Assembly (NCBI GenBank): GCA_002256025.1
Contig: NKIB01014374.1
Span: forward strand, 1-44,104
Direction of reading: 5' to 3'
Origin: Asterionella formosa
Lineage: Eukaryota
DNA length: 44,104 nucleotides
Made by a program: the position numbers and the translations under genes. The notes beneath the pieces were generated by a model. It made no database searches. It had not been told where the DNA came from and worked only from the letters and a program-made list of their open reading frames with translations. Below are positions 1-11,598 of this stretch, one piece after another. The first letter of the stretch is position 1; each line of letters starts with the position of its first letter.

Positions 1-35
1 AAGAAATTTACTTAAGTCCATTATAAGGGAAATCT

Positions 36-118
36 CTTCATTGTCCTGGGCCCCCCTTAAGTAAAATCAGTCAAATTCAGTCACGGCAGTGTACATTGGG
101 GGGTCCAGGACAATGAAG
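36..118. repeat. 21-bp inverted repeat with 41-bp spacer (hairpin / MITE-like remnant)
   Basis: 36-56 cttcattgtcctgggcccccc versus reverse complement of 98-118 (cttcattgtcctggacccccc): 20/21 identical. Confidence 0.8.
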
Positions 119-247
119 TATACGGTAATCGACAACAATATATGTTGTATCCGGCGCAACGTCAGGAACAACTTTGTCGTACTGAAAATAGTCATAACTG
201 GAAAATTAGAAAAAAATCTATGTATACACAGTCAATATTACATCCTT

Positions 248-285
248 AAGTGACTCAAAGCCATTCGAAGTGGCTCAAAGCCATT
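248..285. repeat. Short tandem duplication, period 20 bp
   Basis: aagtgactcaaagccatt (248-265) and aagtggctcaaagccatt (268-285), 17/18 identical. Confidence 0.75.
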
Positions 286-841
286 TTGGACTGGTACCAT
301 GGTACAAGGTTTACAAGTAAATGACGGTATGTAACAAGGTATAGTACCGGTATATGTAGAAGAAAATTAACTATGATAGAATTCCTGGGCGTATACCGAT
401 ATTAGTCTACCGGTAGCGGTATATTCTATGAACCCTTGTATAACCAAAGCTAATTTGGAGAATACGAGTAGCAAGCCATTCGACTGTTTATCAAGCTTCG
501 ACCTAGAACTCTGGTTCAATACTGGTCGAATCGACTGTGTGCAATGTGGAATAATTCAACTCACATCTCTAAAGCTTCCAATTGGAAGTCTGAAAGATAT
601 GAAAGGACAGCAGGATAGTATACAATTGATTGCGATGAACCATAGGAGTCTGGGGTTTGTTCCGACGAGGGCCGGCGCCTGAACTTTTGTGTAATAGTTC
701 TACATCATTCATCCCATGGAATCACAACTGTTTTATGGACTGCTTTGTGAGGTTCAATTCAAAGTGAACCGGAACAGATGCTCCCAATTGAAGTAAGGCG
801 CTTCAATGATTCCGTGCTCCTACCCAGGTCTAGATTTTTAA

Positions 842-922
842 ATCTATTTTGAACAACGTGATCCCATATAGTCGTGTATATTGATGTATTCATCTATTTT
901 GAACAATGTAATCCCATATAGT
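842..922. repeat. 31-bp imperfect direct repeat, period 50 bp
   Basis: atctattttgaacaacgtgatcccatatagt (842-872) and atctattttgaacaatgtaatcccatatagt (892-922), 29/31 identical. Confidence 0.8.
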
Positions 923-981
923 GGTTTGTTTTCATTTATTATAGCTACATGTACATGCAATAGCTAAGGAGCACATCTCGT

Positions 982-1368
982 TTACATGGCGACAAGCCGA
1001 TGACGCTGCTCGTGTCGCTTGTAGATAGTTGACTGCGTGGCCAACTGGCTTAGAGTTGGGCTGGTGCTGGCACTTTTGCAGGAGTCAGATATTTCAGGCT
1101 TGCTTCTAAGTTGTGTATTGACGACAAATCCGTGACGTTGCTCGTGAAGTTTGTACACGGTCGATTTCATGCTCATTTGTCTCATCGTATCCATTATGCT
1201 CTTGTCGAGAGATGACCTTACTGTTACCAATGCAGGTTGAGGCGCAGGCGATGCAGTGTCATTCGTCATATGTCTCATCTCGTGTGTCTTGAAAATGCTG
1301 GAATGATTAGTCATGTCAGTGAAGGCATGAGCAAAGGCACTGACATCAAATTGGTTCGGGGCATACAT
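982..1368 (-). CDS. Small hypothetical protein (128 aa) with three copies of an S[ST][IV][FY]KxHExRH motif
   Basis: ATG-to-TAA ORF. Three amino-acid-level repeats (FTDMTNHSSIFKTHEMRH, MRQMSMKSTVYKLHEQRH, LSQLATQSTIYKRHEQRH) are spaced 46 and 44 aa apart with diverged codons, which argues for real coding sequence. Confidence 0.7.
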   Translation of the reverse strand: MYAPNQFDVSAFAHAFTDMTNHSSIFKTHEMRHMTNDTASPAPQPALVTVRSSLDKSIMDTMRQMSMKSTVYKLHEQRHGFVVNTQLRSKPEISDSCKSASTSPTLSQLATQSTIYKRHEQRHRLVAM

Positions 1369-2467
1369 TCTGGTGCTGATGTTTTGTTTGTCGGACTTTG
1401 AGATTTTCGTTTTTGAAATTTAATGAGAAGAGTGTGAACCGAGTCGAGAGAAAGCAGGTCCCGATTTCCATGACATCGAAAACGTCACATGTTCTTTGAA
1501 GCTTCTTTCTTATTATGATGTGCCGAAGGATTTGCAGTCTTGTTTCTGAAAATGCAATGTGTTGCATTTTCAAGACTTGCCCTGCCTGACTGAAAATAAA
1601 TAGCTCACCTTGATAGGAGCACGACCGGTATGGTACCCTGGTTCCTGGACCTGGTAACCTGATACTGTTGCGGCATAGCTGGCGGGTGCATCATCAAACT
1701 CCGGTACATTGGGTAGCCATCGTAGCTACCAGTACAACATAATTTTATCTTAAGTATAATGTTCTATATTAATAACATCCATATGACTAAATTGTATGTA
1801 CACTTGTGTCCGCGATCTTGTTGTTGTTGTTGCGTACATCCATGACGAACATGAATTCGAAGTCCAGTGCTGTGGGTGTGAAACCGTTGTTGTATCTTGT
1901 TTGCAACTACAATATAACCTTATCTGAGACATTACTATACAGTTTCAGCTCCAGCTTGCCAACTATCAAGCTCAAGAGCTTTTCCACATGAAACCATTGG
2001 TCATGTAGGCGTAGATCTGTGTGCCCAACACAAAATAGTTCATATATAAAGTAAATCGTGTCGTCCTGTGCCGCTTCCTGTGTTTACTAGTAGCACTAGT
2101 CATGGCAGAAATAAGGCTATTTAAAGCGGCACGGGAGGATGTTCTATTGTTGAGTAAAGCAACATAATAATGACAACATGGTGGATGTCATTTTACATGC
2201 CAATCAAGGAGAAAAATATTATATACCATAGGTTTAGGGTTTTTGCTAATAGCAGGCCTACTACAGGGTCTTCTCAGCCAGTGTAAATTTGTGCACTCAT
2301 GCAAAGCATCAACCATTTTACTCTACCTTCCTGATGAACAAAACCTGCTGGTTTTGCTCTGTTGTTGATTCATTAGCATTATTTTTATATAGTGACTGCA
2401 ATGCTTTTTACTGTAGCAGTTGAAAATAAGATGAATGCTTGTAATTTAGATTAGCTATATTCTTCTC

Positions 2468-4908
2468 TTACATGTTTTGCAATGATTCCATTTTTTCGAG
2501 AATCTGAACTCTGCGAATCCTCAATGTTGCTTTTGACTTTTTCCATTGAGAAACATGTGTATTTGATCTGTCAGCATCTGCGCCATCACTATTATTGAAC
2601 TGTTGACCACATTTCCATGGGTGTTTTAACTGATTTTGCTTGGTTTTTTCTTTCGCCTGCTGATGCCGAGTAGCGCGTTCCATAGAAGCGATTTGATCCC
2701 TTGTTGAATGGAAACATTAACCCTCACTTTGAATTCAGAATTTGACATTGTACAAAGTTCTGAAATATTTTGATCAGCTATCAACTTGTGAAATGAACAG
2801 TCATCATGGATCATTCTTGAAGCCTCCATTTTCTCTTTTGCCTGTTGCTTTCGCTTCCTGAGCTCCTTGTTATTTTGGACTCCCACCACGGATGCAAGCT
2901 CAATAGTTCTGAAGGTCTCAGTATTGTTATACTTGATGCAATGACTTTGCATCATCGTTCTCAACAAAAGAGAATGTACCCCCAGTAACTCAAGGTCTTG
3001 AAGAGGGGATACAAGTTGAACTGATGATTTGGCCATGGTATTGACAAAACGTGCAGAGTACTGCCAGAGGATCACTTGTAGGAGCTGAATTTCTAACACC
3101 ATAGTACTATCATTGCATTGTTGGTTACCCATCAAGGGGCGGCGAAGCCAATTGAGACGGCCCTCTGTTTGACGATATGCTCTGTATTGCTTTACAGAAA
3201 TTGCCATGCCTTGCTGATTGTTCTGGTCATAGTCACGGTCCTTGTCCCAATAGTTGGACATATTCTTGCATGAATATGCCAAACACTCATAACCAAGTCC
3301 ACCACACTCCCAGCAAAAATAGTATTGACATTGGGAACAACACACATGGTTGCATCCATGGCCGAGAATTTTCAACCTCCATTTCACAGTTGCAAGCTCA
3401 TCATCCAATCTACCTGAATCAATCTCCTTTCGAAGCTTGGAAAAGGTTGCGCATGGTATTCCTGGGTGAGACATTTCACTACAGTCACCACAGCAACTAA
3501 TGCCACATGATTTGCAGATCATCAGGTTGAACCCATCATTTTGTCTAGTGTTGGTACATCTTTTCAGTACATGATCACAGGAGGGAGTTGGAAAAAACCG
3601 AACGAATGTATCATGTAACAAATGGACTCCATTTTTTGTCCGGTTGTATTCATTGAGTTTTTCAAATATGTGCTGACTGTGTTTGTCCTCTCCTTGAGAA
3701 AATAGGACATGTGCACTTTCTGTTATGCCAAGTTTAGTATTGCACTTAAAAGCAGGGCACTTAATGGATGATTCTCCTGAATGAACTGCCGAAGAAAAAT
3801 ATGCTGTCAAACAGCCATTGCACGTGAAGTGCCCACATGGCAATAGCTGATTGATTTTGCAATTATCATCTTGAATTTCTTCAAAGCATACCAAGCAGAC
3901 TTGTGCAACACAAGAAAGTTCTGAATCTACAGAAGCTTTTTCATGAGATTGGAAAATTTTAGGTTTTGTATTGTTGACTGCTTCCAAAACTTGAAAGAGA
4001 TCAAATTGGTCATATGTTATGCCAGTAGAAATCCCGCTCTTGGCACAAGCAACAAGAAGTTGTTTCCATTTTGACTTCTTTGATTCCTTTGCCACAATTC
4101 TTGCCTCCAACAGACCAGTCCACTGGTAAAGGTTTGATGCAAGATGTTGACTAATTATGAGGTAGAATGAAACTGGGTTTTGTATACTGCATGGCAAATC
4201 CAAAGTGACCCAGATGTCTTGCTCCATTGCATATGCTACTTCCCAATCACAACCCACCAGTGGCACGACCTTTGGTAGAGCGCCCATAGTCCACAGAATA
4301 AGTACTGCCGCCCTCCTTTGTTTCGAGATGACAGTCAAGGATGCTCTGGGCTGCGGACCCAAGATGGAGGGCCGAACAGAATCAGGAAGGAGTTGTTGGA
4401 TAAAAAACGAAGCATTAGAGCGCCATGATGGTTTTGTATTCCAAAAAGTCTCAGTGCAAGAGTTGGAGCGAGACCTTTTCCACGACGCATCATGATCCTC
4501 ACAAAATAGGGAAGGAGTCCTCAGACCTTGAGTCCATGATTTGGAACGGATCAGACATGGCGGTTGATCCAAAATGAAGTTCTCGAGGTCCAAGTTTTGA
4601 TTCCCATCTGACTTCTTGTCAGCCTTTTTGTCAATGCATGATTCAGTGGCTACTACATCATTTTGATTTCGAGAAATGTTGTTCTTGTGTTTCTTGGTTC
4701 TCCTCACCTTCTTGCACTTGGTTTGAAGAATTAACAGATCGACTTGCAATGGTGATTGTGAAAGCATGAAGCAATACTCCTCACTGTCATCGTCCATTTG
4801 GATACCATCATCATCCCCATAGTAGTAGTCTTCTTCTCCAACAAAGCCAGTTTAGTATTCCTGAGCTTGAAACTGCATCTCGTCAGCTAGTTGTGCACGC
4901 CGATTCAT
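2468..4908 (-). pseudogene. RBR (RING-IBR-RING, Ariadne-like) E3 ubiquitin ligase, probably decaying
   Basis: The 723-aa ORF (2626-4797) has RING1 (CLVC..PCGHFTCNGC..CPAFKC), IBR and RING2 (GCNHVCCSQCQYYFCWEC). Lesions: in-frame TAA at 4852-4854 in an upstream coding-like extension; IBR RFCP replaced by RFFP; first CxxC of RING2 missing; possible C-terminal frameshift into ORF 2468-2683. Confidence 0.7.
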
Positions 4909-5266
4909 TGCAAGTAGGTTTTTCACAGGTTCCTTCGATACGATGGATAGCAGTGGTTTGAACTGCTGTGATCTTGGGTATGATTACTCCTTTTATGAGC
5001 ACCATATTGAATCAGTTGATGTGAAAGTGATGAATGACTGAGATGATGCAAAGGGTGATTGCAATGCAGGAGTTCCATGTTTCATGAATCGTGCAATCAT
5101 GTCAAACAAGGGAAATGATTATAAATCATACGTTTGGAAAGAATGTTTCAAATTCAAGAACTCATATGCATGGAGAAAAAAGAAAGACCAGCAGCAAGGT
5201 AGACGACGAACAAAATTTTTTATTGCTATGAAATGATACACCCCCGGTAATAGTTCTCCAAGTACG

Positions 5267-5286
5267 GTACCCTGGTACCAGGGTAC
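5267..5286. repeat. Perfect 20-bp palindrome of the GGTACC/TACC(W)GGTA family
   Basis: gtaccctggtaccagggtac is its own reverse complement. Confidence 0.85.
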
Positions 5287-5395
5287 ATACGGTACTACAA
5301 CACTGGCTGTTTGCTTTCCTTATATTTTACCTCAGTATTACCAGTTCTGTTTCATATTTGGAGCCATTATTCACCATTTCATAGTTCTTGCTACT

Positions 5396-7408
5396 ATGCT
5401 GCAAGCTGCTAACCGCTTAGCATGTCGAATACCAATTGTTCCAAGTCGACTGCGTCACCATCGGCTTGCCATTAGTTGCCACCATCATGGAAGGAACAGT
5501 TATATGATCCTTCCGCCGCCGCGGCGAGGATATGCCACCGACAGCGTCGACAACAAAGCGAGCAGCCCGGAACCACGTCATGATAGTCGATCGCGTCAAC
5601 TGCACATTAGAATAGCCAAAACTCTTTTTCAACACGTTTGGCCTTTGCACTCGACGCAAGACGCAGACAAAAAGAACAAGCAACGCGTCCTGGCGTCGTT
5701 GGGTTTGATGGTGGCAGGCAAGGTTGTGAATATTCAGGTTCCATTCTTATTCAAGCACTTGGTTGACAGCTTGCCCATGATGGACGCACTTTCAGACCCT
5801 GCAATAGCTACATCGACTGTTCCAATCGCATGTCTCCTTGGATATGGAATTTCCCGAGCTGCTACGATCGGCCTGCAAGAGTACCGCAACGCAATCTTTG
5901 CTCACGTGGCTCAAGATGCTATTCGAAAGGTTGGTCGCAGTGTTTTCGATCATGTGCACAAACTTGATCTGCAGTTCCACTTGTCGAGGAATACAGGACA
6001 ACTTTCAAGGGTGTTGGATAGAGGGAATAGAAGTATTTCATTCACTTTGAATGCCATGGTCTTCAACATTGTACCCACCATCTTAGAAGTTACCGTCGTC
6101 ACGGGACTACTGGGTTACCATTTTGGAGCGCCTCATGCGGGGGTGGTGTTTGGAACTATTGTGGCGTATACAGCCTATACTGTTGCAATTACGCAATGGA
6201 GAACAAGGTTTCGCAGAGATATGAACAGGCTAGAGAACGAAGCCTCCGGAAGGGTCGTTGACAGTTTGTTGAACTTCGAAACAGTGCAGTATTTCAACAA
6301 TGCCTCGCACGAAGGACAACGATACGAAGAGTCCGTCAGTGGTTTTCAGCATGCTTCGTTGCAAGCTCAGCAGTCACTGTCACTGCTTAATTTTGGACAA
6401 GCTGCGATCTTCAGTGTGGGACTCACAAGTATCATGTATTTGACGACTGCGCAGATTTTAGAAGGGACAGCGACTGTGGGTGACTTAGTGTTAGTGAATG
6501 GCCTGCTATTTCAGTTGAGTATACCACTCAACTTTATTGGTAGCGTCTACCGCGAAGTTCGACAGTCAATGGTTGATATGGAAGCCATGTTTAAACTGAG
6601 TGATACAAAACCAGCCATTGTCGACAAGGAAACAGCAGTGACCTACTTCCCTTCTGAGATGGGCACAAACATGGTATTTTCAGACCTGAAATTTTCGTAT
6701 CCAAGTAGTAAAGAACGATCGATTTTGAATGGCTTGAGCTTCACCGTACCAGAGGGGAAAACTGTGGCCTTGGTGGGATCCTCAGGCTGTGGGAAAAGTA
6801 CGCTCTTGCGACTTCTTTATAGGTTTTACGAACCGCAAGATGGAACAATTACAATAGGTGGGCGAAATGTCAATGAGTTGACAATGGACTCGTTAAGAAG
6901 ATCAATAGCCGTTGTACCACAGGACACTGTTCTTTTTCACGATACTATTGGTTACAACATCAATTACGGGGATCTCAACGCAACTTGGGATGATGTTGTT
7001 GAAGCCGCCAAGAAAGCCCGTATTCATGATACAATTATGACTTTTCCGAGCGGCTACGATACGGTTGTGGGGGAACGTGGCCTCAAATTGTCTGGTGGTG
7101 AAAAGCAGCGAGTTGCCATTGCCAGGGCTATCTTGAAGAAGGCTCCTATCTTGCTTTGCGATGAACCGACCTCATCGTTGGACAGCGAGACGGAGCAAAG
7201 TATCATGGGCAACATCAAGGAAATCGGAAAGAGTACAACTACTATCATAATTGCTCATCGCTTGAGCACAATCCAAGATTGTGACGAGATCATCGTCTTA
7301 CATGAAGGACAAGTAGTTGAACGGGGAACTCATGACGAACTCTTGGCAAAACGAGGACGATATAATGACTTGTTAAGAATGCAAGACACCAATTCAGACA
7401 CAGAATAA
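5396..7408 (+). CDS. ATM1: Mitochondrial ABC half-transporter ATM1/ABCB7 (Fe-S cluster export)
   Basis: Arg-rich presequence; ABCB7-type TMD ([54 protein letters not shown]); Walker [10 protein letters not shown]; signature LSGGEKQR; Walker [11 protein letters not shown]-loop AHRLST. Confidence 0.93.
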   Translation: MLQAANRLACRIPIVPSRLRHHRLAISCHHHGRNSYMILPPPRRGYATDSVDNKASSPEPRHDSRSRQLHIRIAKTLFQHVWPLHSTQDADKKNKQRVLASLGLMVAGKVVNIQVPFLFKHLVDSLPMMDALSDPAIATSTVPIACLLGYGISRAATIGLQEYRNAIFAHVAQDAIRKVGRSVFDHVHKLDLQFHLSRNTGQLSRVLDRGNRSISFTLNAMVFNIVPTILEVTVVTGLLGYHFGAPHAGVVFGTIVAYTAYTVAITQWRTRFRRDMNRLENEASGRVVDSLLNFETVQYFNNASHEGQRYEESVSGFQHASLQAQQSLSLLNFGQAAIFSVGLTSIMYLTTAQILEGTATVGDLVLVNGLLFQLSIPLNFIGSVYREVRQSMVDMEAMFKLSDTKPAIVDKETAVTYFPSEMGTNMVFSDLKFSYPSSKERSILNGLSFTVPEGKTVALVGSSGCGKSTLLRLLYRFYEPQDGTITIGGRNVNELTMDSLRRSIAVVPQDTVLFHDTIGYNINYGDLNATWDDVVEAAKKARIHDTIMTFPSGYDTVVGERGLKLSGGEKQRVAIARAILKKAPILLCDEPTSSLDSETEQSIMGNIKEIGKSTTTIIIAHRLSTIQDCDEIIVLHEGQVVERGTHDELLAKRGRYNDLLRMQDTNSDTE

Positions 7409-7447
7409 GTCATAGCATATTTCTTGGTTGATCCCATGAACCGCCGA

Positions 7448-9664
7448 TTATAGTAGCGATTGGAAGATATTCAAGGCTTTGTTCATCTCTTCCAACTCCT
7501 CACTCAGTTCCTTGTGCTTCTTTTCAAATTCCGATGTGTCTTGCAGTGACTCGTTCAGTTCATTCTCTGTAACTTCCCACAGTGATTCCTGGACTGTGTT
7601 ACTCAGAGACCGAAAGATTTCCCAGCAGATCATAGGGGTTCGATCGATGACACGTTTTGTTGCCACTTTTCCGTAAGATTCGAGAACTATCTCCATATCT
7701 TCAGCCATATGCTGTTCAACTGACTTTCGTCGATTTCGTTCAAAGACACCATCGACAATCGACTTGATTGCTCCAGTATCGAAAACTCCTCCTTCTTGGT
7801 CAAGTTTCAATGAAACTTCCAATTCTCGCTTTAAAGCGCAATGTCGAGCAGCAGCTATACTCTCAAAAAGAATTTGGTCTTGAGTATAGGGGTGCTTTTC
7901 TATCTGTAAGTGTGATGTGACTTGTTGTCTGGCACTATGAAGCAACGACTTGGCAGCTTTTTCACTCAAATTTTTGACCAACACCTTAAGTTTTGGAAAG
8001 CGCTCCATAGAATCTGTGCAGGTTTTCTCTAGGGATTCTGACACAGCAGTCATAACAATGCCCGACGTTTGTTCTACCAAAAGAGCACAATGAGGTTTCC
8101 AATCTCGATCCACAAAGTCTGCCACAATACGTTTGAATATCTCAACGTTGAGAAAACAGGCCAAATCGTCAGTGCGGTTGTCGGCGATCTTTTCAATCAG
8201 CCATGACGGATCGGTGCGAATTCTGTTCAAATTTATATTCTTCAACAGGTCGAATGTGCTTTCCGTCCTAGCAATGTAAACTTTTGATCCGTCACTCCAG
8301 ACGTCATCTACTTCCAGATTCGCTTTAGCAAGATAGCCAACGTAATCGAACAAGGCGTCAGTAGTTCGATCTTTGTCATCTATGAAATCCACGCAGGCAA
8401 ATCCTTTGCCAACATGGACGACTTCGCCTCTCACATCACCCTTGGCAGTTGTCACTATAACTTGAGCACCATCCACAATGCTCTTTATGGTCCCAAGACT
8501 GCCTTCTCGAATAGCCTCCATAAACTTGGTGCATTCGTCGTGGAGGTGAGCAGCCGCGGATCGACTACCTGATCTTCCCTTACCACTCAATGAAGCTTTT
8601 AGATTTAACATGTAGGACTGGCAAAATTCGTGAAAATATCGTCTTTTGTCTGCTGTCGTCAGGCAAAGCTTACCCATGCTGGAAACAATCTCAGATGCAA
8701 GCTGTTGCCTTTGCCGAATCTCATCGAGAATACCAGGAATGGTTTCTCTAATCATTTTCATCTGCAAGTCACCGAGTTTCATTCGAAGATTGGCAGTCCC
8801 CAAGATGGACCTATCTGTAATGGATTTCCAAGGTTCAATGTCTTCAAAGTATAACATTTCCTCTTGCAAACTTTCCTCAATCGATTGCTTCCGATCCTGA
8901 GCCGCTTGTCCACGGCCTTTGCACATGTGAAAACCAAAATCAAACGTCATTTTTTGTCCCATCAGCAAGTCCACAACATCAGACTCAGCTCCTTCGTCAA
9001 TCAAATCGGGCTTGGTAATGACAGGGATGGTTCGCCTCGTTTCGGGGTCAACGGTTTGCGCTTTTTGCAAAATTTGAGAATTGTGAAAGTCAACGTTCGC
9101 TGGAACGACAGCCAAAATGATACATCGCGAATTGTGCAGATATGTTTCCATCAAGTGTTCAACATCTTCCATCAATGTTGGAGATTCGTCGACACCATGA
9201 GATCGTACAATGCCAGGCAAATCGATCAATGTAAGGTCATGACAAGAAGGGCCAAACACATGGACGTGGACAACGTCGCAAGCAACTTCCTTGGCAGATT
9301 GGGCCAAAATATGCAGTTGCGCTTCTGAAATAATGTCAGAAAGGGTACCCCAGTCTTGTTCTGATACAGTCTTTTCCTCAAACACCTTTCTGAACTCATT
9401 CTCGTGTCGCCACTGAACGTTGACCGTTGCTTCCTTCTCGTCTGCTTTTGTCATTTGCAAAAGTATTGGACATCTCGTGGTGAGTTGGTGAGAGGAGGGG
9501 AGCTCAATGCCTGAAATTTGGCTCAGTAGCGAGGATTTCCCTGAGCTAGTGTCGCCCATAACAGCGATCATCGGCAGCTCGATGTACTGACTAATGTTGG
9601 TGAACGATGTGAGCTGATCCAGGAATTGACGGATCTCGTCGTTACCGGCAAGTGATTCATCCAT
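7448..9664 (-). CDS. Dynamin-superfamily GTPase, Mx-like/DRP type
   Basis: G1 GDTSSGKSS, G2 TTRCP, G3 DLPG, G4 TKPD, followed by a helical stalk and GED (KRVIDRTPMI). The start is set at the first ATG (9664), not the TTG given in the ORF track. Confidence 0.88.
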   Translation of the reverse strand: MDESLAGNDEIRQFLDQLTSFTNISQYIELPMIAVMGDTSSGKSSLLSQISGIELPSSHQLTTRCPILLQMTKADEKEATVNVQWRHENEFRKVFEEKTVSEQDWGTLSDIISEAQLHILAQSAKEVACDVVHVHVFGPSCHDLTLIDLPGIVRSHGVDESPTLMEDVEHLMETYLHNSRCIILAVVPANVDFHNSQILQKAQTVDPETRRTIPVITKPDLIDEGAESDVVDLLMGQKMTFDFGFHMCKGRGQAAQDRKQSIEESLQEEMLYFEDIEPWKSITDRSILGTANLRMKLGDLQMKMIRETIPGILDEIRQRQQLASEIVSSMGKLCLTTADKRRYFHEFCQSYMLNLKASLSGKGRSGSRSAAAHLHDECTKFMEAIREGSLGTIKSIVDGAQVIVTTAKGDVRGEVVHVGKGFACVDFIDDKDRTTDALFDYVGYLAKANLEVDDVWSDGSKVYIARTESTFDLLKNINLNRIRTDPSWLIEKIADNRTDDLACFLNVEIFKRIVADFVDRDWKPHCALLVEQTSGIVMTAVSESLEKTCTDSMERFPKLKVLVKNLSEKAAKSLLHSARQQVTSHLQIEKHPYTQDQILFESIAAARHCALKRELEVSLKLDQEGGVFDTGAIKSIVDGVFERNRRKSVEQHMAEDMEIVLESYGKVATKRVIDRTPMICWEIFRSLSNTVQESLWEVTENELNESLQDTSEFEKKHKELSEELEEMNKALNIFQSLL

Positions 9665-9859
9665 TCTATCAGCATCACCACGCGTTGAAGGAACGAAGGA
9701 AATGGACAAGAGCAATTGAATGCCTGCGACTTGACACCCTTAGCTATGATTCAAAGGAAGTTTGCAAAGGCGGTCCAACGAATTGGTAGTGTGTTTTGCT
9801 GATTGTCTTAGCAGTACCGCTAAACTTTTATCTACGACCGGTACTGTATAAACTCTACC

Positions 9860-9879
9860 GGTACCAGGTACCTGGTACC
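9860..9879. repeat. Perfect 20-bp palindrome of the GGTACC/TACC(W)GGTA family
   Basis: ggtaccaggtacctggtacc is its own reverse complement. Confidence 0.85.
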
Positions 9880-10794
9880 AGGGGTGCCCAGCACCTCAAA
9901 GTATCTCTCACGTCGCACCATGGTAGGTAGCAGGTACTCCGTACCAGGTACCTCACCTATTGAAGAGTAAACCGTAAAAGAATTCGTGTGTGCGCACAGT
10001 TCATTCGTATGTACAGTTTCACATACGACTGCTGCTATACTAACTATAGAACTAGTAATTCATTATTTCGAGGAAATCAAACCTTCGAAAATAATAGCTA
10101 AAGCCTTTACCAGTGTGTATGTAATAAGTATGATATATACGGCCAATAAGTTATTTAGTCCACGGCTGCACAGATAAACCAGTAATCATCATCAAAGTTT
10201 TTATGCATATTCCGCTATTAAGAAAAAAAAGTCGCGCCAATTATGATGATACACCTTTTCCAGGTTGCTGTTCTCTTTCTTACTATGAAGAAGAATCGAC
10301 TCACTCTGTAGAAACTACGATTATATTACCGGTTTGTACCGACATGCTGCTGGATGCGATCCGGTATACTGTATACCCGCCCAGTGTAACTGAGCAAAGC
10401 AAGCCAAGAATGAGTTCTTTGATACTACCGGTTTTTGGCTTGGTTTATTAATCGTTGTGATGTCCTGTACCAGTCCAGGTTCCTTGTACTCCTACCAGGA
10501 ACCAGGTACCATGTACTCAGTATTAAAAAATTGATTACCAAGTACAGGCATGCGATTTATTCGCATACCTTCGATCATCATCCTGCTGCTTGTTTTATAT
10601 TTAATTCAGTCTTTTAGTACTACTTTATTCTTCGTGGTTTTAATCCCATCATACCGGTACCAGGTAGTTACTTCGACGTTGCTGAGTTGCTTGCTTGACA
10701 CTTGAGTTCTCGGGAAGAATAGGAATCTGACAGCGAAACTGACATACCTGAGTAACATAATAGCTTCTTTCGCATCATAATCAGTCATTCAACA

Positions 10795-11598
10795 ATGGCG
10801 GAAGAGGCGAGCAAGATGACTTTCTTTGGCTGGGAAGTCCAAAACAAGATCCACAATTCGACCGATTCGTTCTGGGGGGAGGTGGATACAACGCATGCCT
10901 TTTGCGAACCCCACTACGCTCAATCTAGATACTTCGCGGAGTTTTTCAACTCCATCTCAAGCCTGGTTTATTGTCTTGTCGCATTCTATTTGCTAAACAA
11001 GTTTCCCAATGATCGTATGATTCAAGCTGCCAATCTCTGGTTAGGTGTGTTGGGCCTCGGTAGCGCCCTCTTTCATGGCACTATGAAGTATTCGATGCAA
11101 CTGATGGATGAAGGCCCCATGGTGGGTTGGATGACTACTCTTATCTTGGCACAGCTTTCCTGTGGCCGTCCCTGGCTGAATGGGAAAGTTGGAATCCTTC
11201 AGACTATTGTTGTGTGCGCAGCGCTAGGCCTCTTTACTGTGTATGCCATTACAGATGAGTACGAAATATTTGTCCATGGCTTTTCGATGCTGTCCCTCTT
11301 TAGTGTATTCCTGGGCATGCTGATCGTGCCAGGAAAAGACAGCAAGGTGGCCAAGCTCCAACGACGCGCCATGATCGTTTGTGTCGTTGCTATCCTTATC
11401 GGAAAGCTTTGCTGGGAATTGGAAAATAGAATGTGTGACAAGTACCCTGCGATATGGCCACTGCATCCTGTGTGGCATTTTTTATCCTGTCTATCGGTCT
11501 ATGCTGCGATGATCAACGGCTACTTATGTCGGATGGACGAGAACGCCATCATGCCAAAATGGATTGGTTTCAGGCAAGAAAAGGTCAAGACTGTTTGA
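10795..11598 (+). CDS. Alkaline ceramidase (ACER / CREST family), 7-TM
   Basis: FCEPHY..FAEFFNSISS N-terminal motif, GLGSALFHGT, QLMDEGPM and HPVWH zinc-ligand motifs. Confidence 0.88.
   Translation: MAEEASKMTFFGWEVQNKIHNSTDSFWGEVDTTHAFCEPHYAQSRYFAEFFNSISSLVYCLVAFYLLNKFPNDRMIQAANLWLGVLGLGSALFHGTMKYSMQLMDEGPMVGWMTTLILAQLSCGRPWLNGKVGILQTIVVCAALGLFTVYAITDEYEIFVHGFSMLSLFSVFLGMLIVPGKDSKVAKLQRRAMIVCVVAILIGKLCWELENRMCDKYPAIWPLHPVWHFLSCLSVYAAMINGYLCRMDENAIMPKWIGFRQEKVKTV

Noticed and set aside
428..682. Short intergenic ORFs (also 10203-10451, 15350-15899, 20208-20561 and 31927-32205)
   Set aside because: No recognisable motifs, many have non-ATG starts or run through palindrome clusters, and all are of chance length.
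842..922. CRISPR-like repeat-spacer-repeat
   Set aside because: Only two copies, a 19-bp spacer, no cas genes and a eukaryotic context.
9665..9715. TTG/GTG-initiated N-terminal extensions in the ORF track (also at 15190, 19709 and 33578)
   Set aside because: These are prokaryotic start-codon calls; eukaryotic genes here are taken from the first plausible ATG.
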